Shown here: positions 52,638 to 62,013 of the stretch, one piece after another
How the letters are laid out: each line of letters opens with the position of its first letter
Position numbering within the stretch: the first letter of the stretch is position 1
Program-made: the position numbers and the translations under genes
NCBI GenBank assembly: GCA_965203515.1
Contig: OZ241907.1
Span: forward strand, 1,600,001-1,664,000
Direction: 5' to 3'
Source of the DNA: Spirochaetia bacterium
GTDB taxonomy: Bacteria > Spirochaetota > Spirochaetia > SZUA-6 > Bin103
Length of the DNA stretch: 64,000 nucleotides
Notes under the pieces: model-generated
What the model saw: only the letters and a program-made list of their open reading frames with translations
Databases searched by the model: none
What the model was told of the DNA's origin: nothing

Positions 52638-54398
52638 TCACCCTTCCACTACCTGAACCCGAAGCTGCTTGCCGTACAGCGTTTGGCGCGCCCAATACAG
52701 GTTCTGGTACCGATCGTAGCCGCCCTCTGCCAGTGTTGCCGTGGCTGTCGCGGTGGTGCCGCCTGGCGGCGCGGCCTGAAAGGTAACGGTCGGGGCCAGC
52801 AGGTAACCGCTTCCCGGGTTCGTAATCGTCACTGACGCTACCTCGTATTGCATAGCCGCGGTGGCGGTTGCGGTGGTGCCGCCGGACGGCGCGGCCGTAA
52901 AGGAAACGGTGGGGGCGGAGGTGTAGCCGCTCCCCGCGTTCGTGACCGTCACTGACGCTACCTCGTATTGCATAGCCGCGGTGGCGGCCGCGGTGGTGCC
53001 GCCGGACGGCGCGGCCGTGAAGGAAACGGTGGGGGCGGAGGTGTAGCCGCTCCCCGCGTTCGTGACCGTCACTGACGCTACCTCGTATTGCATAGCCGCG
53101 GTGGCGGCTGCGGTGGTGCCGCCGGACGGCGCGGCCGCAAAGGAAACGGTGGGGGCGGAGGTGTAGCCGTTCCCACCGTTCGTGACCGTCACTGACGTTA
53201 CGCCGGTTTGCAGCACCGCGGTGGCGGTCGGGGTGATGCCGATGCCGAGGGGCGCCGAAAAGGTAACGGTCGGGGCCGACGTGTAGCCGCTCCCGGCGTT
53301 CGTGATCGTCACGGAAGTGATCTGACCCGCGGAGTTCCTGGACGCGGTGCCGGTTGCGGTGGTGCCGCCGGACGGCGCGGCCGTAAAGGTCACGGACGGG
53401 ATATTCAAAATGTAGCCGCTCCCGCCGGTGTTTATCGTCACCGACGCGACGCTGCCGGGACCTGCCGCGGTGCCGGTTGCGGCAGTGCCGCCGGACGGCG
53501 CGGCCGTAAAGGTGACGGACGGGACCGAGGTGTAGCCGCTCCCGGCAGTCGTTATCGTCACGGCATCGACGCTACCGGACCCCGCCGCGGTACCGGTTGC
53601 GGCAGTGCCGCCGGACGGCGCGGCCGTAAAGGTGACGGACGGGACCGAGGTGTAGCCGCTCCCGGCAGTCGTTATCGTCACGGCATCGACGCTACCGGAC
53701 CCCGCCGCGGTACCGGTTGCGGCAGTGCCGCCGGACGGCGCGGCCGAAAAGGTGACGGCGGGGACCGAAGTGTAGCCGCTCCCCGCGTTCGTGATCGTCA
53801 CGGCATCGACGCTGCCGGACCCCGCCGCGGTACCGGTTGCGGCAGTGCCGCCGGACGGCGCGGCCGAAAAGGTGACGGCGGGGACCGAGGTGTAGCCGCT
53901 CCCCGCGTTGGTGACCGTGACGGACTCGACGAAGCCTGCGCTTTCCGTCTGATCCTCGGCGGTGAGCACGAGCACCACTGTGCCCGCCCGGACCTCCGGG
54001 GTGACCGTCCACTCCGCACCGGAGATATCGGACGCGAAGACCGGCTTCGCACTCGTACTCGTGAACGGCAGCGCATGCCCGCCGATCGAAACGCGCACGT
54101 CGTCGCCGCCGGTGATCCGGTCCCAGGCATACGGCGCCGAACGGTTGACCGTCTGGCTCAGCAGGTTGGCGTCATCACCAAAGTGCGCCGCGCTGATCGT
54201 CCAGCGCTTCTCGGCCGGCTGCGAGGTCGGCGGCGGCTCGCTCGGTGGCTTACCCCCCCCCCCCCCCCCCCCAGAGCCGGCGTCGGCGGGAGCAGCAGCG
54301 GCCGGCCGCGCCGCCTCGCCGCAGGCCAGCATGGCGATGCCGGCAGCCGCCACGAGCGCGAGCAACGCTGCCTTACGAGCCGGGTGGGCGGGGTTCAT
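52638..54398 (-). CDS. GSGY-repeat lipoprotein paralog 2, in frame through G20 (ON as assembled)
   Basis: Lipobox MLAC, poly-Gly from G20, conserved base domain, ten ~40-aa repeats, NLYWARQTL C-terminus. Confidence 0.85.
   Translation of the reverse strand: MNPAHPARKAALLALVAAAGIAMLACGEAARPAAAAPADAGSGGGGGGGKPPSEPPPTSQPAEKRWTISAAHFGDDANLLSQTVNRSAPYAWDRITGGDDVRVSIGGHALPFTSTSAKPVFASDISGAEWTVTPEVRAGTVVLVLTAEDQTESAGFVESVTVTNAGSGYTSVPAVTFSAAPSGGTAATGTAAGSGSVDAVTITNAGSGYTSVPAVTFSAAPSGGTAATGTAAGSGSVDAVTITTAGSGYTSVPSVTFTAAPSGGTAATGTAAGSGSVDAVTITTAGSGYTSVPSVTFTAAPSGGTAATGTAAGPGSVASVTINTGGSGYILNIPSVTFTAAPSGGTTATGTASRNSAGQITSVTITNAGSGYTSAPTVTFSAPLGIGITPTATAVLQTGVTSVTVTNGGNGYTSAPTVSFAAAPSGGTTAAATAAMQYEVASVTVTNAGSGYTSAPTVSFTAAPSGGTTAAATAAMQYEVASVTVTNAGSGYTSAPTVSFTAAPSGGTTATATAAMQYEVASVTITNPGSGYLLAPTVTFQAAPPGGTTATATATLAEGGYDRYQNLYWARQTLYGKQLRVQVVEG
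52800..53200 (-). repeat. 120-bp tandem repeats ('return' arm, MQYEVASV junctions)
   Basis: Near-identical blocks at 52861, 52981, 53101. Confidence 0.92.
53461..53930 (-). repeat. 120-bp tandem repeats ('outbound' arm, GSGSVDAV junctions)
   Basis: Near-identical blocks at 53461, 53581, 53701, 53821. Confidence 0.92.
54253..54272 (-). repeat. G20 homopolymer in coding sequence
   Basis: 20 consecutive C on the + strand. Confidence 0.9.
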
Positions 54399-54495
54399 GC
54401 TTCGTCCTGCCTCCTGCAGAGACATCGTGCGGATGAATGGGCGATGCGCAAGGGAATCGACGCACGACGGTGATGGCCGCGGCTTAGCAGGCCTT

Positions 54496-54512
54496 GGGGG
54501 GGGGGGGGGGGG
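54496..54512 (+). repeat. G17 homopolymer upstream of paralog 2
   Basis: 17 consecutive G on the + strand. Confidence 0.9.
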
Positions 54513-54647
54513 AGGATTTGGTTGTCGGGGCTCATGCTTTGATCTGCCTCCATGCCTGCAGGACATCCTGCCGGATGAAATGGGCGACGCGCAAGCGGTC
54601 GGCTTGATCCTCGCCTCGCCTGACCTGACCGGAACCGGCGCGACCGC

Positions 54648-56423
54648 CTACGACGGCCGCAGGACGGCGCCGAACACGGTCAGGCCGTCCTCGGTACCGG
54701 GGATGATGGCGGCGGCCCGCAACGTGAAGGTGCGGACGCCCGCCTCGACCACGGAGATGCGGCCGATCGGCGTGCCGAACTCCGGGAAATAGTGCGAGCG
54801 GGGGCTGGCGATGCGCAGGGTGTCGCCCAGGGCGCCTGCGGCGCCGCGGCCGGCGCCGGCGGACACCTCGACGCGGTGCGGCGTGACCTGCTCGGTGCCG
54901 TGCACGGGCGCCGCGATGACCGTCACGGCGAACGAACCGGGCTGACAGATCCGCACCCGCCACGACAGCGCGCTTTCGGTATCGATCCAGCCGGCGGTCA
55001 GGCCGTTGGAGAGGATCTCCAGCGTGGACCCCGGCCCGCGCGCCGCCTCGGCCAGGTGCGCGTGCAGGTGGATGGAGCCGTCCGGCTGCTGGACGGTCAA
55101 CTCGTCGGCTTCGGCAGCGCCGTCGATGCCCAGCGCCACCACCGGCACGTGCGCGACCGCGCCGAGGTCGGGAAGGGTCAACGTGAGCCGGTCGACGCCG
55201 CCGGCATCGGTGCGGTCCTGCGCGACCTCCACCGGCGCTTCGAGCCCCAGCACCTCGGCGCCGGTCACGCGCGAGCGCAGCCCGTGCACGACCAGCCGGC
55301 CGGCCTGCGGCTGCAGCAGGTGGATGAACAGCCGGCCCGGCTTGCAGGTCATGCGCAGGGAGTCGTGCTCGTAGGGGAACGGACTGCCGCCGGTGCCATG
55401 GATCGCCTCGCCGTTGACCGCCATCCAGGCGCCGATCGCGCGCAGCCGCTCGGCGCTGGGTTCGGGGATCACCCCGGCCGCGGTCGGTCCGACGTTGAGC
55501 AGATAGTTCACCCCCTTGCTGGCCAGGTCGATCAGCAGCAGGAGCAGCGTGGAGACCGATTTCCAGTGGTGATCGGTGCTCTTGTAACCCCAGGTGTCGT
55601 TGAGGGTGGCCGGCGTCTCGTAGTCGGCGCGCACGCGCCCGGCCGGAATCTGGTTGTCGCCCAGGCTGCCGTAGTCGCCCACGTCATTGCCGATGCGGCC
55701 GCTGACCAGACACTCCGGCTGCAGGCGGTGCACGAAGTCGCGCAGCTCGATGCTGTGCTCGCGGCTGATGGTGTACGGGGTATCGAACCAGATCAGGCCG
55801 ATCGGCCCGTATTGGGTCAGCAGTTCGCGAAGCTGCGGCTTGACCTTGCGCTCCAGATAGGCGGCGAAGTCCTTGCCGCCCTCGTCGAAGTCCCAGTCGT
55901 TGCGCGACCCGTCCGGGTCGTGCCAGTCCTGATCCTGCGAGTAATAGAGGCCGAGCTTGATGCCGGCGGCAGCGCATTCCTGCGCCAGTTCCGCCAGCGG
56001 GTCGCGGCCGAAGGGGGTGGCGTCGACGACGTTGTAGGGACAGCACGGCGAACGGAACAGCGCAAACCCGTCGTGGTGCTTGGTGGTGATCACCAGGTAG
56101 CGCATGCCGGCCTGCACCGCCAGCTCCACCCAGGCGCGGGCGTCGAAGCGCACCGGGTCGAAGCTCCGTGCCAGCTCCGCGTAGCGCTGCCGGGGAATGC
56201 GCTTGCGAAACATGATCCACTCGCCGATCCCCGGCACCTCCTCGCCCTCCCACACGCCGGCGGGGATGGCGTACAGACCCCAGTGGATGAACATGCCGAA
56301 GCGCGCTTCGCGCCACCACCCCAGCCCCGGATGGTCGACCGCCGCGGCCGCGTTACGGCCGCGCATCCGCTCGCGCCAGCTCATCATCTCTGCGATGGAT
56401 GGGTCATACTCCTTCCGTGCCAT
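54648..56423 (-). CDS. GH29 alpha-L-fucosidase
   Basis: RFGMFIHWG, TTKHHDGF, IWFD, LLNVGP; start could be 56387. Confidence 0.92.
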   Translation of the reverse strand: MARKEYDPSIAEMMSWRERMRGRNAAAAVDHPGLGWWREARFGMFIHWGLYAIPAGVWEGEEVPGIGEWIMFRKRIPRQRYAELARSFDPVRFDARAWVELAVQAGMRYLVITTKHHDGFALFRSPCCPYNVVDATPFGRDPLAELAQECAAAGIKLGLYYSQDQDWHDPDGSRNDWDFDEGGKDFAAYLERKVKPQLRELLTQYGPIGLIWFDTPYTISREHSIELRDFVHRLQPECLVSGRIGNDVGDYGSLGDNQIPAGRVRADYETPATLNDTWGYKSTDHHWKSVSTLLLLLIDLASKGVNYLLNVGPTAAGVIPEPSAERLRAIGAWMAVNGEAIHGTGGSPFPYEHDSLRMTCKPGRLFIHLLQPQAGRLVVHGLRSRVTGAEVLGLEAPVEVAQDRTDAGGVDRLTLTLPDLGAVAHVPVVALGIDGAAEADELTVQQPDGSIHLHAHLAEAARGPGSTLEILSNGLTAGWIDTESALSWRVRICQPGSFAVTVIAAPVHGTEQVTPHRVEVSAGAGRGAAGALGDTLRIASPRSHYFPEFGTPIGRISVVEAGVRTFTLRAAAIIPGTEDGLTVFGAVLRPS

Positions 56424-59400
56424 CGACCGCAAGCGCCGCGGCCGCCATCCGGGTGGGACAGATTCTGAGCGGCCCGCTGTTCAGCGAGCCGATGCTGGTG
56501 GAGACGGTGCGTTCGAACGGGCCGGACACCTGGATCGCGGGTCTGGTCGGCCGGCAGTCGGAGCGGTTTCGGCGGGTCACGCTGACCGCGGCCGACCTCG
56601 CCGCGCTGACCATCGCCGACGCCGCCCGCTCCTATGACGGCGACGGCCGGCTGCTGCGCCTCGCCCTGCAGGCCTACGCGCTCGGCATCGCCTACGAGTT
56701 CGAGCCCTACTTCGGGCTGTCGATCTCACGGGTGGACCCGTTGCCGCATCAGCTCGAAGCGGTCTACGAACACCTCCTCAAGCTGCCGCGCGTGCGCTTC
56801 CTGCTGGCCGACGACGCCGGCGCCGGCAAGACGATCATGGCCGGCCTCTTGATCCGCGAGCTCAAGCTGCGCGGTCTGATCGAACGCATCCTGGTGGTCG
56901 GCCCCGCGAACCTGGCGTTCCAGTGGCAGCGCGAGCTCAACGAGAAGTTCGAGGAGCGGTTCGTCGTGCTGAAGGGCGCCGACCTGCGCGGCCAGTTCGG
57001 CGTCAACCAGTGGCTGGAGCAGCGGCAGGTCATCACCTCGCTCGACCTGGCCAAGCGCGCCGACATCCTGCCCGGACTGGCGCAGGTGCGCTGGGACCTG
57101 GTGATCGTCGACGAGGCGCACCGCATGTCGGCGCGGGACGAGACCCACAAGAGCCAGCGCTACCGGCTGGGCGAGCTGCTGCGCGACCGCGCCGATCACG
57201 TGCTGCTGCTGACCGCCACCCCGCACAAGGGCGACGCCGGCAACTTCACGCTGTTCCTGCAGCTCCTCGACCGGGACGCCTACGCCGACGTGACCTCGAT
57301 CCGCCGGGCGATGGAGCAGCGGCGCGCCCCGTTCTACCTGCGCCGCACCAAGGAGGCGATGGTCTACTTCCCGGAGCGGCAGGAGAACGGCGCCTGGACC
57401 GCCCGGCCGGTATTCACCAAGCGCATCGCGCGTACCGCCGGCTTCGCCATCGACAGCGCCGAGCACGAGCTCTACCGCACGGTCACGCGCTTCGTGAAAC
57501 GGCAGAGCGCCCGCGCCGCGGCGCAGGACGACGACCCGCGGGCGCGCGCCGTGGGATTCCTGATGGCGCTGTACCAGCGGCGCCTGGCGTCGAGCACCCA
57601 TGCCCTGCGGCGGTCGCTCGAAAACCGGGCGCGGCGCCTGGAGGAGGGACTGAGCCGCGCCCGCGAGCTGCTGCGCACGGCGCCGCCGCAGCTTCCCGAT
57701 CAGGAGGAGCTCGACGAGCTCGAAGACGCCGAGCGCGAACGGCTGGAGCGCATCCTGGAGGCGGTCACGCTGGCCGGCAACGCCGCGCAGGTGCGGGAGG
57801 AAGCCGCCGAGCTGCGCGGCCTGGCGCGGCAGGCGCAGGCGGTCGAAGCCGCGGGCAGCGAGGCGAAGCTGCGCCGCTTGCGGTCGATCATGCGGGATGA
57901 GGGGTTCTTCGACCGGCCCGGCCAGCGGTTGCTGATCTTCACCGAGTTCCGGGACACGCTCGACTACCTGCTGGAGCGGCTCACGGCGTGGGGCTTCGCG
58001 GCGGGCTGCATCCACGGCGGCATGAAGCCGGGCGCGCGCGACGAACCGGGGACGCGGCTGCACGCCGAGCAGCGGTTCCGCGACGGCGAGATCCAGGTGC
58101 TGGTCGCCACCGAGGCGGCCGGCGAAGGCATCAACCTGCAGTGCTGCCACATCCTGTTCAACTACGACATCCCGTGGAACCCGAACCGGCTGGAGCAGCG
58201 CATGGGCCGCATCCACCGCTACGGGCAGCGGCGCGACTGCCTGATCTTCAACTTCGTGGCGGCCAACACCATCGAAGGCCGCGTGCTGCGGCGGCTGCTG
58301 GACAAGCTCCGGGAGATACGCGACGCCCTCGACGACGACGCGGTGTTCAACGTGGTGGGCGAGGTGCTGCCGTCGGCGCAGGTGGAGCGCGTGCTGCGCG
58401 ACTACTACGCCGGCAAGCTGGGCGACGCCGACCTGGAGGAGCGGCTGCTGCGCGACGTGGACGAGGGCCGCTTCCGGTCGATCTGCCGGACCGCCCTGGA
58501 AGGACTGGCCGCCCGCAAGCTCAACCTGGACCTGCTGATCGAGCGCCGCGCCCGCGCGCAGGAGCGGCGGGTGGTGCCGGAGACGATCGCCCGCTTCATC
58601 GCCGAGTGCGCGGGCGGCGCGGCCCTGCCGCTGCGGCCGGTGCGCGGCATGGCGCACACCTTCGATCCCGGGCGCACGCCGGCAGCGTTGCGCCGCCACG
58701 AGCGCGACCCGGACTGGAAGCTGCCGGCGCTGGCCGCGCGCTACCCGCGGCTCACCACCGACCGCGACACCGCGGAGCGGCAGGCGCTGGAATGGGTCAC
58801 CCCCGGCCATCCGCTGTTCGAGGCGCTGCGCCGGCATAGCCTGGCGCGCGGGCAGGATGCCTGCAGCCGCGGCGCCTGCTTCCACTCGCTGGCGCACGCC
58901 GCGCCGGCGCGCCTCGACTGCTACCGCGCGCGCATCGTGGACGGCCTGGGCCGCGTGATCCACGAACGGCTGTTCGCGGTGGAGCTGACCGCCGGCGGCG
59001 AGCCGCGCCTGCGCGGCCCGGACCTGCTCGGCAACCTGAGCCCGGCGCCCGCTCCCGCCGAGCTGCCGGCCGCGGCGTCCCTCCCGGAGGCGACCGGCTG
59101 GCTCCACGAGCGCGCGCTGGCGCCGTTCCTGGACGAGGTGCGCGCCGAGCGCGTGGCCGAAGTCGACCGCGTCGCCGGCCACGTCGAGCTGGCGCTGACC
59201 GAGGTGTTGCAGCGCGTCGATCACGAGATCGGCCGCGCCGCGGATGACCCGGAACACGAGGCCGCCGGCGCCGAGGGGCGCCTGGCCCAGGCCGAGGCGC
59301 GCCACGCCGAGCTGCTGGCGCGGCGGGAGCGCCGCCGCGAGGAGTCGGGGCGGCAGCGGGCGGTCACCCTGCAGGCGGTCGAACGGCTGGCCAGCGCGCT

Positions 59401-59872
59401 GATCCTGCCCCACCCGGAACGGGAGACCGCGGCGGTGCGCCGGCTGCGCCCCGATCCCGAGACCGAGCTGACGGCGATGCGGACCGTCATGCGGCACGAG
59501 GCCGCGCAGGGCCGGCAGGTCTACGACGTGCACGAGAAGAACCTGGGCTACGACGTGACCAGCCTGGACCTGCAATCGGGCGAGCTGCGCCTGATCGAGG
59601 TGAAGGGACTGGCCGGCGCGGCCGGCAGCATCCTGCTCACCCCGAACGAGCGCCGCGTCGCCGAGGACCGGCCCGACTGCTACTGGCTGTACGTGGTCAC
59701 CGACTGCGCCACCGCCCCCACGCTGCAGGAGCCGGTCCGCGACCCCGCCCGCTTCCCGTGGCGCGAGGTGATGAAGGTCCAGCACTACTGGCTGAGCATC
59801 GACGCCCTGCAGCCGCCCATGGAAATCCGCGAACGTGGTATCATCCCCTACGAGGCAGCTCGTGGAGGCTGA
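56417..59872 (+). CDS. SNF2-family helicase with C-terminal DUF3883-like nuclease domain
   Basis: LADDAGAGKT, DEAH, TATP, EGINLQ, QRMGRIHR, GYDV..IEVKG; start uncertain. Confidence 0.9.
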   Translation: MPSTASAAAAIRVGQILSGPLFSEPMLVETVRSNGPDTWIAGLVGRQSERFRRVTLTAADLAALTIADAARSYDGDGRLLRLALQAYALGIAYEFEPYFGLSISRVDPLPHQLEAVYEHLLKLPRVRFLLADDAGAGKTIMAGLLIRELKLRGLIERILVVGPANLAFQWQRELNEKFEERFVVLKGADLRGQFGVNQWLEQRQVITSLDLAKRADILPGLAQVRWDLVIVDEAHRMSARDETHKSQRYRLGELLRDRADHVLLLTATPHKGDAGNFTLFLQLLDRDAYADVTSIRRAMEQRRAPFYLRRTKEAMVYFPERQENGAWTARPVFTKRIARTAGFAIDSAEHELYRTVTRFVKRQSARAAAQDDDPRARAVGFLMALYQRRLASSTHALRRSLENRARRLEEGLSRARELLRTAPPQLPDQEELDELEDAERERLERILEAVTLAGNAAQVREEAAELRGLARQAQAVEAAGSEAKLRRLRSIMRDEGFFDRPGQRLLIFTEFRDTLDYLLERLTAWGFAAGCIHGGMKPGARDEPGTRLHAEQRFRDGEIQVLVATEAAGEGINLQCCHILFNYDIPWNPNRLEQRMGRIHRYGQRRDCLIFNFVAANTIEGRVLRRLLDKLREIRDALDDDAVFNVVGEVLPSAQVERVLRDYYAGKLGDADLEERLLRDVDEGRFRSICRTALEGLAARKLNLDLLIERRARAQERRVVPETIARFIAECAGGAALPLRPVRGMAHTFDPGRTPAALRRHERDPDWKLPALAARYPRLTTDRDTAERQALEWVTPGHPLFEALRRHSLARGQDACSRGACFHSLAHAAPARLDCYRARIVDGLGRVIHERLFAVELTAGGEPRLRGPDLLGNLSPAPAPAELPAAASLPEATGWLHERALAPFLDEVRAERVAEVDRVAGHVELALTEVLQRVDHEIGRAADDPEHEAAGAEGRLAQAEARHAELLARRERRREESGRQRAVTLQAVERLASALILPHPERETAAVRRLRPDPETELTAMRTVMRHEAAQGRQVYDVHEKNLGYDVTSLDLQSGELRLIEVKGLAGAAGSILLTPNERRVAEDRPDCYWLYVVTDCATAPTLQEPVRDPARFPWREVMKVQHYWLSIDALQPPMEIRERGIIPYEAARGG

Positions 59873-59895
59873 GACGGTCAACGGAGGGGCGCTCG

Positions 59896-60385
59896 ACGAT
59901 CAGTACCGCACGGTCTTCTGCGATGCTTCCAGGATCGTCGACGTCGCCAGGAGCGAGGCGCCCGGTCGGTGAACGCGGCCATGACCGCCGCCTATTGGAT
60001 GATCGGCCAGCGCATCGTGGAGTTCGAGCAGTCGGGGGCGGAGCGGGCGGCATACGGCGCCGCGCTCCTCGCCAGGCTCGCGGCGGATCTGACGCAACGG
60101 TTCGGGCGCGGATTTTCACTCCAGAACATCTATCAGATGCGTCAGTTCTATCGTTCATTTCCGTTGCAACAGATTTTCCAGACGGTGTCTGGAGAATCGG
60201 ATTACTCCCCCCACGAACGGATTCTCCAGACGGTGTCTGGAGAATCTGAACCCGCTTCGCCTGAGACGCTCATTGGGACGCTGCGCGCGGTCTTTCCGCT
60301 TCCCTGGTCGGCCTACGTGAAGCTGCTTGCAGTCAAGAACGTGCGCGCCCGCCGGTTCTACGAAAGCGAGGCGCTGCGCGCCGGG
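59896..60385 (+). pseudogene. DUF1016/YhcG N-terminal fragment
   Basis: SVNAAMTAAYWMIG..GRGFS..LPWSAY..RRFYE; frameshift near 59960; nuclease domain absent. Confidence 0.8.
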
Positions 60386-60389
60386 GGGC

Positions 60390-60845
60390 GGACCGATCGA
60401 TCAGCGCGTCAACCGTTCGCGCGCAGCGCCGAGCATGACGCCCGGGCGCGCTGCCCTGGTGGGTCTCATGGATCGTTACTTCAGCAGTCTGCTGGACCCG
60501 TTCCTGACCCTGCTCGAAGTGCACAAGCTGATGTACTTCATGCAGGCCGCGGGCGAGCCGCTCAAGCTCCGCTTCTCCGAGGCGCCGCAGGGGCCCTACG
60601 CCGAACAACCTGCGGCACGTGCTTCACGCCATCGAAGGGCACTTCGTGACCGGCTACGCCGATGGCGGCGACGCGCCCGACAAGCAGTTGGAGCTGGTGC
60701 CGCCGTCGATGACACGCGCCGGTTTCTCGGGCGACCGGCGACGCGATTTTCCGAGCGGCAACTGCGGCTCGCGATCGACGTACTGACTCGCAAAGGCTGG
60801 ATGGCGAATCTCCCCGTCTCCGACTCCGGGGACAGTGCGCGGTAG
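60390..60845 (+). pseudogene. C-terminal fragment of a DarG-like macrodomain antitoxin
   Basis: LLEVHKLMYFMQAAGEPL..GPYA..GYADGGD; frameshifts and an apparent internal deletion; no macrodomain. Confidence 0.65.
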
Positions 60846-61058
60846 GTGCCCGTGACTCCCCGACGACTTCAAGCGGCAGCGCGCGCCCTGCCCGACGAAG
60901 AACTCCGGGCGGCGGAAATCGCCCGCGCGCGCGACGCCCTGCGCCGGCGCGGGCTGGCGCCGGCCGGCGAATCCCCATGATCGACCCGCGACCGGAGATT
61001 TGCCAGACGGCGTCTGGCAAATTCGACCTGCCTCCGTACACGCCGAGTGAGGTCTACG

Positions 61059-61616
61059 ATGCCAGCTGATCCCTCCACCGATGATCCTGGTCGTTCGCGC
61101 CCGTCACACGGGAGCGGACGGCGTCGACAGACCCGAAAGCGGCGTCCACTCAAGGAGTTGTTTTCTCCCGGAGACTGGATCTATGTTCCTCCCGGCATCT
61201 CTTCGACTCGTTGGCTGCCGTCGGGATACGGGCGGGTGATCGCCGTTCGAGACTCGGAGATCGATGTCGACTTCGGCTCTCACACCTCGACGATGAAATC
61301 CGGCGCTGCCATCTCGCGCATCGAGAAAGTAGACGGACCGGAGTCGGGGCATCCAGGAAAGCCGTACGGTGGCCCGGACGGCCCCGACGTGTATATCACG
61401 CTCGACGAGCGCCACGGCATCTACGCCGGGAAGCGCGGTAGATTGGCAGGGGGTATCGCACTGGTCGACGGCCCTCCGGACGGGCACTTCGGACCATACT
61501 ACAAGGTCGAATTTCCGGGCGACCCGAAGCCCATTTGGATCCGAGAAGAATGCGTGTACGGCCTTTGCCGGAACTCTACGTATCATCGAGAGTTGTGGTA
61601 CTACGAAGACCGGTAG
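61059..61616 (+). CDS. Hypothetical cassette protein (two SH3/KOW-like segments by inspection)
   Basis: GAGG RBS, atypical codon usage; stop lies in the downstream duplicated segment. Confidence 0.5.
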   Translation: MPADPSTDDPGRSRPSHGSGRRRQTRKRRPLKELFSPGDWIYVPPGISSTRWLPSGYGRVIAVRDSEIDVDFGSHTSTMKSGAAISRIEKVDGPESGHPGKPYGGPDGPDVYITLDERHGIYAGKRGRLAGGIALVDGPPDGHFGPYYKVEFPGDPKPIWIREECVYGLCRNSTYHRELWYYEDR

Positions 61617-61632
61617 CGGCGATCTTCGTATC

Positions 61633-61968
61633 GTGATTCCCCGAGCGTGCCGGCGGCTGGCCGAGGTCGACTTTCCGATCGCCGAGGTGTCCCGGCACGC
61701 GGCGCGGGAGAAGTCGATCCGCCACGGGCATCCGTCCACGCTCCATCTCTGGTGGGCGCGGCGCCCGCTCGCCTCCTCGCGGGCCGTGCTGCTGGCCCTG
61801 CTGCTGCCCGATCCGCTCGACCCGCACTGCCCCGACCACTTCAAGCGCCAAGCGCCCGCCATCCTGGGCGCGGTGCGGCAGCCGCCGGCGGGGCGACGCC
61901 GAGCTGCGCGCGGCGCTGCTCCGGGGGCGTCAATCCGCGTCAATCCCGTCAATCCAGGGCCTGCTTGA
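61633..61968 (+). pseudogene. Truncated duplicate of the DUF1156 gene 5' end
   Basis: Near-identical to 62729-63020 up to about 61924. Confidence 0.9.
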
Positions 61969-62007
61969 CTCCATTTCGAGAGTGTAGATACCCTGACATC
62001 AGGAGGA
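61965..62007 (+). promoter_or_regulatory. Putative sigma70 promoter (TTGACT-18-TACCCT) and AGGAGG RBS
   Basis: Consensus-like hexamers upstream of 62014. Confidence 0.45.
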
Positions 62008-62013
62008 CCACTC

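Noticed and set aside
26420..54398. Diversity-generating retroelement acting on the lipoproteins
   Set aside because: No reverse transcriptase and no template/variable repeat pair differing only at adenines
54399..54566. N-terminal poly-Pro extension of paralog 2 (ORF track start 54566)
   Set aside because: Signal peptide and RBS fit a start at 54398; the extension just reads through the C17 tract
56726..59881. Long antisense ORFs (also 855-2678, 12460-14979, 30008-32113, 43350-45404)
   Set aside because: Mirror frames of real genes caused by high GC3; no motifs
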